15,520 nt of DNA from positions 234,491-250,010 of the forward strand of contig CBFHOE010000005.1 of the NCBI GenBank assembly GCA_965657355.1, written 5' to 3'. Of this stretch, positions 7,801 to 15,520 are shown in pieces. Positions within the stretch are counted from its first letter, which is position 1. Each line of letters begins with the position of its first letter. A model generated the notes under the pieces. It was not told the origin of the DNA and made no database searches. It saw only the letters and a list, made by a program, of their open reading frames with translations. The position numbers were made by a program, and so were the translations under genes. The DNA comes from Limisphaerales bacterium (GTDB lineage: Bacteria > Verrucomicrobiota > Verrucomicrobiia > Limisphaerales > JAJOIW01).

Positions 7801-9171
7801 ATGAAAAAATTTGATTTGGGATATGCCCGTATTGTCTGGGCGGTCGTTTTATTCTTTACAGTGATGCCTAGTTATTCCCAAGACAACTGGAAGCAATTTC
7901 GGGGACCTGGGGCTAGAGGTAACGGTGAGGATAATACTGGATTACCCAAAGAATGGGGCGAGGACAAAAATATTACTTGGAAGAAAAAAGTTCCAGGTAA
8001 AGGCTGGGCTAGTCCAATTATTTTCGGAAATCAAATTATTGTTTTAACGGCAATAAGCAAAGGTGAAGAGGAGGCGCCCAAAATGGGTTTGTATTTCGGA
8101 GGGGAAAGACCTGAGCCTTCTCCACATATTCATGACTGGAGATTGATAAGTTATGATTGGAATTCAGGTAAAATAAATTGGCAAGAGACTCTGCTCTCTG
8201 AGGTTCCCAAAACTCCTATACATGTCAAAAATTCTTATGCATCTGAGACACCTGTTACTAATGGCGAGAAAATTATTAGTTTCATTGGAGATATTGGGAT
8301 TTTTGCCATGGACATGGAAGGAAACAGTTTGTGGACTAAAAGGTATCCACCAAGAAAAAGAAGAAATGCCTGGGGGTCAGCATCTTCCCCGATTATCCAC
8401 GATAACAAAGTCATCATTCAGAATGACACAGATGAAACCTCATTTATTGCGTGTTTAGACATAGATACAGGGCAGACCATTTGGCGTGTAGAGCACGACG
8501 AGCCAAGCAATTGGTCCACTCCATATGTTTGGAAAAACGGAAAAACTAATGAGATTATTACGAACGGAAGAAATAAAGTGAGGGCATACGACTTTGATGG
8601 TAAGGTCCTTTGGGAAATGCCAGGGCTTTCCACGATAGCGATTCCGACCCCATTTCAAGTTGATCAAGACCTTATCGTTTGCGCTGGATACGTCGGTGAC
8701 AGGAAACACCCCGCCCAGTCCATAATCCGGGTAAAACCTGGAGCTCGAGGCAACATAGCCTTAAAGAACGACGAGTCATCGAACAAATACATTTCATGGA
8801 GAGCAACCCGGGCTTCATCATATAATCCGACACCGGTTGCTTATAAGAACAACATCTATGTCTTGTTTGACTTCGGTTTTTTCAATGCGAGAGACCTGGC
8901 AACTGGAATGGAATTCTATGAGAAAGAAAGAATCCGAAGAGATAAACCAGCGGGATTCACTGCATCGCCGTGGGCTTATGATGATATGGTATTTGGCTTA
9001 AGTGAACAGGGAGAGACATTTGTCTTTTCCGCTTCAGATCGATACCAACTGTTGCGTGTCAATAAACTCGATGATCTTTGTATGTCCACCCCGGCAATGG
9101 CTAGGGGAGCTTTGATCATTAGATCTCTTAACTATCTATATAAAATAGAGGAAAAACCAGTTAGCCTCTAA
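7801..9171 (+). CDS. Exported PQQ-binding-like beta-propeller repeat protein (PVC BamB-like family)
   Basis: Signal peptide, then NWKQFRGPGARG, WKKKVPGKGWASPII, ASETPVTNG, WGSASSPIIH, IACLDIDTGQTIWR, WSTP, FTASP, MSTPA...LIIRS..YLYKI. ATG7801 preferred over TTG7777. Confidence 0.88.
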   Translation: MKKFDLGYARIVWAVVLFFTVMPSYSQDNWKQFRGPGARGNGEDNTGLPKEWGEDKNITWKKKVPGKGWASPIIFGNQIIVLTAISKGEEEAPKMGLYFGGERPEPSPHIHDWRLISYDWNSGKINWQETLLSEVPKTPIHVKNSYASETPVTNGEKIISFIGDIGIFAMDMEGNSLWTKRYPPRKRRNAWGSASSPIIHDNKVIIQNDTDETSFIACLDIDTGQTIWRVEHDEPSNWSTPYVWKNGKTNEIITNGRNKVRAYDFDGKVLWEMPGLSTIAIPTPFQVDQDLIVCAGYVGDRKHPAQSIIRVKPGARGNIALKNDESSNKYISWRATRASSYNPTPVAYKNNIYVLFDFGFFNARDLATGMEFYEKERIRRDKPAGFTASPWAYDDMVFGLSEQGETFVFSASDRYQLLRVNKLDDLCMSTPAMARGALIIRSLNYLYKIEEKPVSL

Positions 9172-9188
9172 TATTAATTTTATTAAAA

Positions 9189-10562
9189 ATGATAACCAAT
9201 CCGTATTTTAACGTAAGACAACTAAAGATTGTAATTTCCCTTCTATTTTTGGTTTTACATGGGATAGGAAGAGCGGATGACTGGCCCCAATTTCTCGGGA
9301 TTAACAGAGACGGGAAGTCGAATGAAAAAGGAATACTCACTTCGTGGCCAGAATCCGGGCCAAAACGGATTTGGGATTTTGATTGTGGGACTGGTTATTC
9401 TGCACCTTCAGTTATTGGAGATAAGATCGTGTTACACCATAGGGTTGGAGATCACGAGATTGTGCGATGCATGAATGTTCAAAATGGTGAGAAGGTATGG
9501 GAATATAAATACCCTTCCAAGTTCATTGATCCGTATGGATACAACAATGGCCCCAGATGCACCCCAATTTTAACAGAGAATTTTTGTTATACGTTCGGGG
9601 CTGAAGGAATGCTCCTGTGTCTCGATATTAGAACAGGCAAACCGATCTGGCAAAATCAAACACAGAATAAATGGAAGGTGCCCGAGGCTTTTTTTGGCGT
9701 TGGTAGCACTCCGTTATTAGATGGTGAAACACTATTTGTCATGGTCGGAGGGCAGCCTAATTCAGGAATGATAGCCTTCAATTCCAAAAGCGGCGACATT
9801 ATTTGGGAAAGCGTAGGTAAAAATAATTGGGAAGGTCAACCTATGATTGGATGGCCAGGAAAAAGAAAATACAAATGGAAAGGATACGAAAAAGTAGCGA
9901 GTTATTCGAGTCCAGTGGTCGCTGACATTCATGGGAAAAAAGTCTTGTTCGCCTTTATGAGGCAAGGTTTAGTAGGCATCAACCCCAAAAACGGCCAAGT
10001 GCATTTTTCGAGTTGGTTTCAATCAAGAGTACCTGAATCGGTTAATGCAATTAACCCGATTGTCAGAGACAACCAAGTATTCATTAGCTCGTGCTACTAT
10101 AGACAAGGCTCTGTTGTCATAAATCTGGACGAGCAGATCAATGTCGACAGCGAATTATGGAGAGGATTAGGCTTAGAAGTTCATTTTACGACGCCTATAC
10201 TGCACGAGGGCAATCTTTATGCATTTAGTGGGCGAAATCCATCGAACGCTAGTTTTCGATGTGTCGATTGGGATTCAGGAAAAATAAGATGGCAGAGGGA
10301 TGAATCATTGAATCCATACGATAAGACAACAAAAAATTTTGGAAGAGGGTCAGCGATTTTAGTTGATGGCCATTTCATCGTATTGGGTGAAACTGGAAAC
10401 CTAGCTCTATTCAAGGCTAGCCCCGAGAAACCTTTGGAGCTCCACAAACTAAAAATAAAGGGTATGGATTACCCCTCTTGGACAGCACCCATTATCTCGA
10501 ATAAAAAGTTGTATCTTCGTTCTGAGAAAAAGCTTATTTGTCTCGATATCTCTAGCCATTAA
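9189..10562 (+). CDS. Exported PQQ-binding-like beta-propeller repeat protein
   Basis: Signal peptide, DDWPQFLGINRDG, GYSAPSV, GPRCTP, LLCLDIRTGKPIW, GVGSTP, ASYSSPVV, RCVDWDSGKIRW, WTAPIISNKKLYLRSEKKLICLD. Confidence 0.88.
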   Translation: MITNPYFNVRQLKIVISLLFLVLHGIGRADDWPQFLGINRDGKSNEKGILTSWPESGPKRIWDFDCGTGYSAPSVIGDKIVLHHRVGDHEIVRCMNVQNGEKVWEYKYPSKFIDPYGYNNGPRCTPILTENFCYTFGAEGMLLCLDIRTGKPIWQNQTQNKWKVPEAFFGVGSTPLLDGETLFVMVGGQPNSGMIAFNSKSGDIIWESVGKNNWEGQPMIGWPGKRKYKWKGYEKVASYSSPVVADIHGKKVLFAFMRQGLVGINPKNGQVHFSSWFQSRVPESVNAINPIVRDNQVFISSCYYRQGSVVINLDEQINVDSELWRGLGLEVHFTTPILHEGNLYAFSGRNPSNASFRCVDWDSGKIRWQRDESLNPYDKTTKNFGRGSAILVDGHFIVLGETGNLALFKASPEKPLELHKLKIKGMDYPSWTAPIISNKKLYLRSEKKLICLDISSH

Positions 10563-10607
10563 TTATTGAGAATACAAGGTATGATTGAAGTCAGTAACGT
10601 CTCAAAC

Positions 10608-10635
10608 TTGAAACGAAGCTCGTTATATCTATAGT
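10608..10635 (+). promoter_or_regulatory. Putative sigma70 promoter TTGAAA-16-TATAGT for the AraC gene
   Basis: Both hexamers match at 5/6; ATG10648 lies 12 nt after the -10. Confidence 0.45.
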
Positions 10636-10647
10636 TCAAAGGCGAGG

Positions 10648-11631
10648 ATGAGTAGAACCGATCCTAAGCAGGAGATATATGAAGAAAGGCTGTGGTCCGA
10701 CTTAACACAGGCCTGGAGACCTCTTTTCGGAAAATTTAATTCATTGGGCTTTAGCTTTGAGTGGCATGAATTCAAGAGCAATAAAACTCTAAATTGGGAT
10801 AAATCTTTTCACCCAGAAAGTCTGGAGATTTGCCTGAACTTATCTGGAGATGGATCGGTCGAAATTAATGGAGATAAACTCAACTTAAAGGAACGAACTT
10901 TCGGGTTTTACATCATCAAAGCTGGTGCCGGTATGTCTGGAAACAAGATAGAGGCAATAAGACCAGCTTCTCAAAAACACCGTTTCCTCACTGTTGAGTT
11001 TTCATTTGATTTTCTCAAAATGCATCTTGCCAATCAAAAAAAAGACCTGAACCCCATCGTGAAGCAACTCATTGAGAGTTCTTCAGCGAGCAAGTTGGTG
11101 AGCACCCCAGAGAGGCTCTCGACAAGGCATCAAAAATTATTAGACATGCTAAAATCCCCTCCTGTCTATGCTGCCGCTCAAGAGCTTTGGTATAAGTCAA
11201 AGGCCTTGGAAGTAATGTCCGAGTTTTTATTCATGGCGCCAGATGAAAACAAAACACTTTTTTGTATCAGGCAACAAAAAATCGCCCAGGAAAGGGTGGA
11301 TAAAGTAAAGAATTTGTTAGAGGAAAACTTGGCAGAGCCACTCTCTCTAGAAGAACTGGGAAAGGGCGTGGGTTGCAGCCATTATTATTTGAGTCGAACT
11401 TTTTCAAAAGAGGTGGGAATGACTATTTCCCAATATCTCAGGCAGATCCGAATAGAAAAAGCTGCTAGTCTTTTGCAAACGGGTAAATTCAATGTTACGG
11501 AGGCCGCTTTAGAGGTGGGTTACAGTAGCCTGAGTCACTTCAGTCATGCCTTTCAAAAACAGATAGGGTGCTGCCCTGGACTTTACCCGATGAATGCGGC
11601 CAATAAGAATAAACCCAAAGATCCCGCCTGA
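10648..11631 (+). CDS. AraC-family transcriptional regulator
   Basis: C-terminal double HTH: ENLAEPLSLEELGKGVGCSHYYLSRTFSKEVGMTISQYLRQIRIEKAASLL...NVTEAALEVGYSSLSHFSHAFQKQIG. The N-terminal sensing domain has a PchR/YbtA-like layout (KSKALEVM). Confidence 0.92.
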   Translation: MSRTDPKQEIYEERLWSDLTQAWRPLFGKFNSLGFSFEWHEFKSNKTLNWDKSFHPESLEICLNLSGDGSVEINGDKLNLKERTFGFYIIKAGAGMSGNKIEAIRPASQKHRFLTVEFSFDFLKMHLANQKKDLNPIVKQLIESSSASKLVSTPERLSTRHQKLLDMLKSPPVYAAAQELWYKSKALEVMSEFLFMAPDENKTLFCIRQQKIAQERVDKVKNLLEENLAEPLSLEELGKGVGCSHYYLSRTFSKEVGMTISQYLRQIRIEKAASLLQTGKFNVTEAALEVGYSSLSHFSHAFQKQIGCCPGLYPMNAANKNKPKDPA

Positions 11632-11698
11632 GCGCATTAAATTATTTACTTTCACTTCTTGATCAAATTCTAAATTTATTCATACATATTAATTAGTT

Positions 11699-12508
11699 AT
11701 GGAATACCTTATTGCAGCAACCTCGGCCCCATCCGGAGAATTTTGGCTCATAAGTTTATTTACTTTAACTGTTCTCGAAATCGTTTTGGGGATAGACAAC
11801 GTCATTTTCATCTCGATACTCGCCGGAAAACTTCCTGAAGAGCAAAGAGCCAGAGCCAGGCAAATTGGGCTCATCCTTGCACTGGTCACCAGAGTCTTAT
11901 TATTGCTCTCGATTAGTTGGCTAATGAGTTTGGAGAAAACGCTTTTCACCATCCCTGCAATTATGGCAATGAAAGAACCAATGGGTATATCCGGTAGGGA
12001 TTTAATCCTTCTCATTGGAGGTTTATTTTTACTCTTCAAAGCCACATATGAAATTCACGAAAAATTAGAAGGATACGACGAGCACGAAGAGGGAAAAGAA
12101 CCTAAGAAGCAGCTCACTTTCAGCAGCGTTATCATCCAAATTCTCATATTGGACATCGTTTTTTCATTAGACTCAGTAATTACAGCGGTTGGAATGGCCG
12201 ACAGGATTTGGATAATGGTCACGGCTGTTATTATAGCTGTGGGTTTCATGCTAGCTTTTGCAAAAGCAATAAGCACCTTCATCGAAAAGCACCCTACGCT
12301 GAAAATACTTGCTCTATCTTTTCTATTGTTAGTGGGGTTTGTTCTCGTCCTAGATGGCCTTCACCAACACGTCTCAAAGGGCTACATCTACTTTGCTATG
12401 GGATTCTCGGTGATGGTAGAAATTATAAATATTAATATGAAGAAACGCATGAATAGGCGTGTCCGGCTTAATGCCAAGCACCACCAGGATACAACACCTG
12501 ATGTTTGA
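11699..12508 (+). CDS. TerC-family integral membrane protein (no CBS/CorC extension)
   Basis: LEIVLGIDNVIFISILAGKLP, GRDLILLIGGLFLLFKATYEIHEKLEG, QILILDIVFSLDSVITAVGM, FIEKHPTLKILALSFLLLVG, KGYIYFAMGFS. Confidence 0.93.
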   Translation: MEYLIAATSAPSGEFWLISLFTLTVLEIVLGIDNVIFISILAGKLPEEQRARARQIGLILALVTRVLLLLSISWLMSLEKTLFTIPAIMAMKEPMGISGRDLILLIGGLFLLFKATYEIHEKLEGYDEHEEGKEPKKQLTFSSVIIQILILDIVFSLDSVITAVGMADRIWIMVTAVIIAVGFMLAFAKAISTFIEKHPTLKILALSFLLLVGFVLVLDGLHQHVSKGYIYFAMGFSVMVEIININMKKRMNRRVRLNAKHHQDTTPDV

Positions 12509-12513
12509 CTCGT

Positions 12514-12546
12514 CTTTTCTTAAATCATGTGATGAATTTGGAAAAG
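12514..12546. terminator. Imperfect AT-rich hairpin between convergent TerC and beta-propeller genes; possible bidirectional terminator
   Basis: CTTTTCTTAAATCAT-GTG-ATGAATTTGGAAAAG; the arms pair with two mismatches and one G-U. No clear U-tract. Confidence 0.3.
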
Positions 12547-12557
12547 TTGGTTATTGG

Positions 12558-13835
12558 CTACTTTTCATCTCCTATGCAGTAAAGGTGGCTTTTAGTCCTT
12601 ATGAATAAGTGGCCATGAGAGATGGCGGGCGAGGCGATTTGATACTCCTCTAAATCATTGTGTCCTACCACTTCAAATTCGGATGAAGCGCGAACAACTT
12701 TGCATTCACCCTCACCCGAAGAGAAATAAACAAATCCACCGGCTGCAATTGGAGAAACTTTAATATTTTGAGCAAAGAGACGCTCCTGCCAAAAAGGTTT
12801 TCCAGTCCTTAGGTCAAGACATGAAGCCATTCCATCATCTCTTACCATAAATACTTTGGATTTATAAATAACAGGCGTAGGGCAGTCTGGGGCAAACCTC
12901 TTCGCTTTCCACTTAACGTGACTTTTAGAGACGTTTCCGGAGCCACTGGGATCAACTCCCAGAACAAACCCCTGGTTTCTAAAACCGGAGGCGACAGTCA
13001 CAACCATTCCCTCTCCATATGTTGGGCCAGAAATACTTCGGCCATACGGGTGAGGGACTTCTAATCCACCACTTATCCATAATTGTTTACCATCAACTGG
13101 GTCATATGCATTGATATGGTTTGCACCAGATAAAATGATGATATCTTTCCCATTCGCATGCCCTAGGATCGGTGAGGAGTATGAATCCATGGCCTCTCCA
13201 CCTTTCGCCAAATCTCTTTCCACTTTCCAGATTTCTTCACCACTTGAGGCATCAATGGCTAAAAGATAGCTTGGCCCCTGGTGCATGCACGCAATGATTA
13301 ATTTACCCTCGTGGAGTAGAGGAGAATTTCCCATCCCATGAAGGTAATTATATTTACCATATTCTTTTGTCAGATTTTTTTGCCATACCAAGTTACCATT
13401 GAAATCCAAGCAGGCTAGAGATCCGTTACCGAATTGGGCCCATACATATTTGCCATCGGACACCGGAGTTGGCGTGGACATATTGTGGAGGTTATGAACT
13501 GGGATGTTTTCTTTACCCAATGATTTGCTCCACATTTGTTCTCCGGTTAGAGCTGAATAAGCTAAGACAATCAGAGAAAAATCTTCACCTTGCGTTGTTA
13601 AATAAACCCTATTTCCGAAAACAATAGGCGAAGAAGTTCCCATGCCTGGAACATTTTTTTTCCATTTCACATTCTCGTTCTGGCTCCAACTTTTTGGGAC
13701 CTTTTTTTCATTGGAAACCCCCAACCCATTCGGGCCACGCCAATTGGGCCAGTTCTCAGCAGAAGCATTGATAACGAATACTGAAATTATAACCGTTACT
13801 GCTGCTATTAAGGAATTGTAAGTATATTGCTTCAT
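12558..13835 (-). CDS. Exported PQQ-binding-like beta-propeller repeat protein
   Basis: Signal peptide (..INASA/ENW), NWPNWRGPNGLG, WKKNVPGMGTSSPIV, STPTPVSDG, GMGNSP, LLAIDASSGEEIWK, SYSSP, CLDLRTGKPFW, ASPAISHGHLFIRTKSHLYCIG. GGGAG Shine-Dalgarno shortly upstream of the ATG. Confidence 0.9.
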   Translation of the reverse strand: MKQYTYNSLIAAVTVIISVFVINASAENWPNWRGPNGLGVSNEKKVPKSWSQNENVKWKKNVPGMGTSSPIVFGNRVYLTTQGEDFSLIVLAYSALTGEQMWSKSLGKENIPVHNLHNMSTPTPVSDGKYVWAQFGNGSLACLDFNGNLVWQKNLTKEYGKYNYLHGMGNSPLLHEGKLIIACMHQGPSYLLAIDASSGEEIWKVERDLAKGGEAMDSYSSPILGHANGKDIIILSGANHINAYDPVDGKQLWISGGLEVPHPYGRSISGPTYGEGMVVTVASGFRNQGFVLGVDPSGSGNVSKSHVKWKAKRFAPDCPTPVIYKSKVFMVRDDGMASCLDLRTGKPFWQERLFAQNIKVSPIAAGGFVYFSSGEGECKVVRASSEFEVVGHNDLEEYQIASPAISHGHLFIRTKSHLYCIGDEK

Positions 13836-13998
13836 AAGATTGCTCCCGGGTTTTACTTAGAAGGTTATTGTATGTCCCGTATATGGTTAAATGCACTCTG
13901 AATTTTTCAAAAAATTCAAATCTAAGTAAAAACTGTGGAGGTTTGTCTAAAATATTTTCATGTTTTTTCGCAAAAAATATGAATTCCTACGAGCAGTA

Positions 13999-14026
13999 TT
14001 GACCTCATCATCGGGTAGACTAGAAT
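13999..14026 (+). promoter_or_regulatory. Putative sigma70 promoter TTGACC-16-TAGAAT, 7 nt before ATG14034
   Basis: Both hexamers match consensus at 5/6 positions; no Shine-Dalgarno between the -10 and the ATG. Confidence 0.55.
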
Positions 14027-14033
14027 ATTGTTC

Positions 14034-15520
14034 ATGATCAACTTTCGCTATAACTGGGGACGCGAATTCTTTTTTGTGGTGGTTGTCTTCACTGCGACCT
14101 TGGCATCGGGAATTTACGGGCGAGAATTAACTGGAGTTTACAAACCAACACCTACCCAACCTCTCATTCCGTCGGAAGCACAAAAATCTTTTACCCTACC
14201 AGAAGGATATGAAATGAGGCTATTCGCTTCAGAACCAGATGTCATTAACCCAGTTGCGATGACATGGGATGAAAGGGGTAGATTATGGGTTTTAGAATTA
14301 TTCGAATATCCAAGTGGTGCCCCCGAGGGGAGTAAGCCTAGAGATAAGGTTAAAGTTCTTGAAGATACAGATGGCGATGGGAAAGCAGATAAAGTCACTG
14401 TATTTGCTGAGGGCCTCAACCTCGCCACCGGTTTAGCGCTGGGAAATGGTGGAGTATATGTAGGCCAAGCACCCCATCTACTCTTTTTCAAAGACTTCGA
14501 TGGAGACGATGTGGCGGACACTAAAGAAATCGTACTAACCGGGTTTGGGCTGGAAGACAGGCACGAGCTCCTGAATGGTTTCCAATGGGGTCCTGATGGA
14601 TGGCTATACATGACCCATGGAGTGTTCACGCACTCGAAGGTGAAAGATCCCAACGATCCAGCAGACGATGGGGTTATAATGAATGCCGCACTAGCTAGAT
14701 TTCATCCTTCAACCAAAAAATTTGAGATATTTGCGGACGGCACGAGCAATCCGTGGGGTGTTGATTTTGACATTCATGGGAACGCCTTTGTAAGCGCCTG
14801 TGTTATTGACCATTTGTTTCATTTAGCACCTGGCGGTTTATACGTAAGGCAGGCTGGTAGTCCGGCTTTTCCCTTTGCTTATGAGCTTCTCCCTTCGATT
14901 GTCGACCATAGACATTTTCGAGCCGCATATGCTGGGGTCCAAGTATATCAGGGCGGCACCTACCCAGAATCAATGAATGGAAAAATATTTATGGGCAATA
15001 TCCATCATAATTCCATTCATCAAGATGAGTTAGTGAAGAACGGTTCGTCATTTAGGGCAAAGGAAGAACGTGATTTTGTAAAGAGCAACGATGGGTGGTT
15101 TCGCCCTGTGGCTGTGAAAACTGGCCCTGACGGCAATTTATGGATAATGGACTGGTATGACAAATACCCTTGTTACCAAAACGCCATGGCGAACCCCGAA
15201 GGTGTCGACCGCCAATACGGAAGGATATGGCGTGTTGTTTACACGGGAGGAGAAAAAAAAGTGGCGACTAGTGTTTTCCCCGCAGGAGTTTATCTCAATT
15301 TAGATTCCAAATATGTTGTCAAATACCTTGAACACAAAAATAATTGGATTCGGAGAAAAGCAAGACAAATATTGTCAGAAAAAAAAGACGCCTCGGTTAC
15401 AGGCCAGCTAGTATCTCTGGTGGAAGGTCATAGCCGAGTTGCAGTCAGGCTAGAGGCTTTATGGACTTTGCATGGGGCAAAAACCCTGACGGATTCATTA
15501 TTAGATCAGCTGGCGTTTGA
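14034..15520 (+). CDS. PVC-type putative membrane-bound dehydrogenase (glucose/sorbosone-dehydrogenase-like propeller + HEAT repeats; full-length members usually carry a C-terminal CxxCH heme domain); partial, runs off the window
   Basis: Translated by hand: open from ATG14034 to the window end with no stop. MINFRYNWGREFFFVVVVFTATLASGIYG...SFTLPEGYEMRLFASEPDVINPVAMTWDERGRLWVLE..EYP...LEDTDGDGKADKVTVFAEGL...WGPDGWLY...GTSNPWGVDFD...WFRPV...GPDGNLWIMDWY...GRIWRV, then HEAT-like NWIRRKARQILSE and RLEALWTL. Confidence 0.9.
   Translation, partial: MINFRYNWGREFFFVVVVFTATLASGIYGRELTGVYKPTPTQPLIPSEAQKSFTLPEGYEMRLFASEPDVINPVAMTWDERGRLWVLELFEYPSGAPEGSKPRDKVKVLEDTDGDGKADKVTVFAEGLNLATGLALGNGGVYVGQAPHLLFFKDFDGDDVADTKEIVLTGFGLEDRHELLNGFQWGPDGWLYMTHGVFTHSKVKDPNDPADDGVIMNAALARFHPSTKKFEIFADGTSNPWGVDFDIHGNAFVSACVIDHLFHLAPGGLYVRQAGSPAFPFAYELLPSIVDHRHFRAAYAGVQVYQGGTYPESMNGKIFMGNIHHNSIHQDELVKNGSSFRAKEERDFVKSNDGWFRPVAVKTGPDGNLWIMDWYDKYPCYQNAMANPEGVDRQYGRIWRVVYTGGEKKVATSVFPAGVYLNLDSKYVVKYLEHKNNWIRRKARQILSEKKDASVTGQLVSLVEGHSRVAVRLEALWTLHGAKTLTDSLLDQLAF

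Noticed and set aside
11632..11698. yybP-ykoY Mn riboswitch upstream of TerC
   Set aside because: The spacer is only 67 bp, very AT-rich, and has no GC-paired helices or recognisable conserved loops.
1002..12435. Many short (60-130 aa) overlapping or antisense ORFs in the track
   Set aside because: All lie mostly or wholly within recognisable genes and have no family motifs.
14138..14653. 171-aa minus-strand ORF in the track
   Set aside because: Antisense shadow of the well-supported plus-strand dehydrogenase gene.

Overview
A gene-dense, AT-rich bacterial window with 11 complete CDSs and a 12th that runs off the right edge and is missing from the ORF track. The content is typical of the PVC superphylum (Verrucomicrobiota/Planctomycetota). 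In order: a thioredoxin-like/CxxCH/PDZ protein, a membrane-anchored FGE-sulfatase-fold protein, a cytochrome c/DUF1549/DUF1553 (PSCyt1/PSCyt2/PSD1) protein with its DUF1501 partner, an N-acetylneuraminate-lyase-like aldolase, L-rhamnose mutarotase (rhaM), two PQQ-like beta-propeller proteins, an AraC regulator, a TerC membrane protein, a third beta-propeller, and a PVC-type membrane-bound dehydrogenase/HEAT protein. I saw no RNA genes, CRISPR arrays or mobile elements. The best candidate for an undescribed system is the PSD1 + DUF1501 pair: the PSD1 protein carries an inserted carbohydrate-binding-like beta-sandwich, and the pair is tightly linked to a sugar aldolase and a mutarotase, suggesting an exported heme-linked sugar-processing module. 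Other points of interest are a perfect 26-bp palindrome joining two convergent stop codons, several apparently leaderless promoters, and an overlapping CxxCxxC/CxxCH motif in the Trx/PDZ protein. All family calls come from motif recognition by eye, with no database search.
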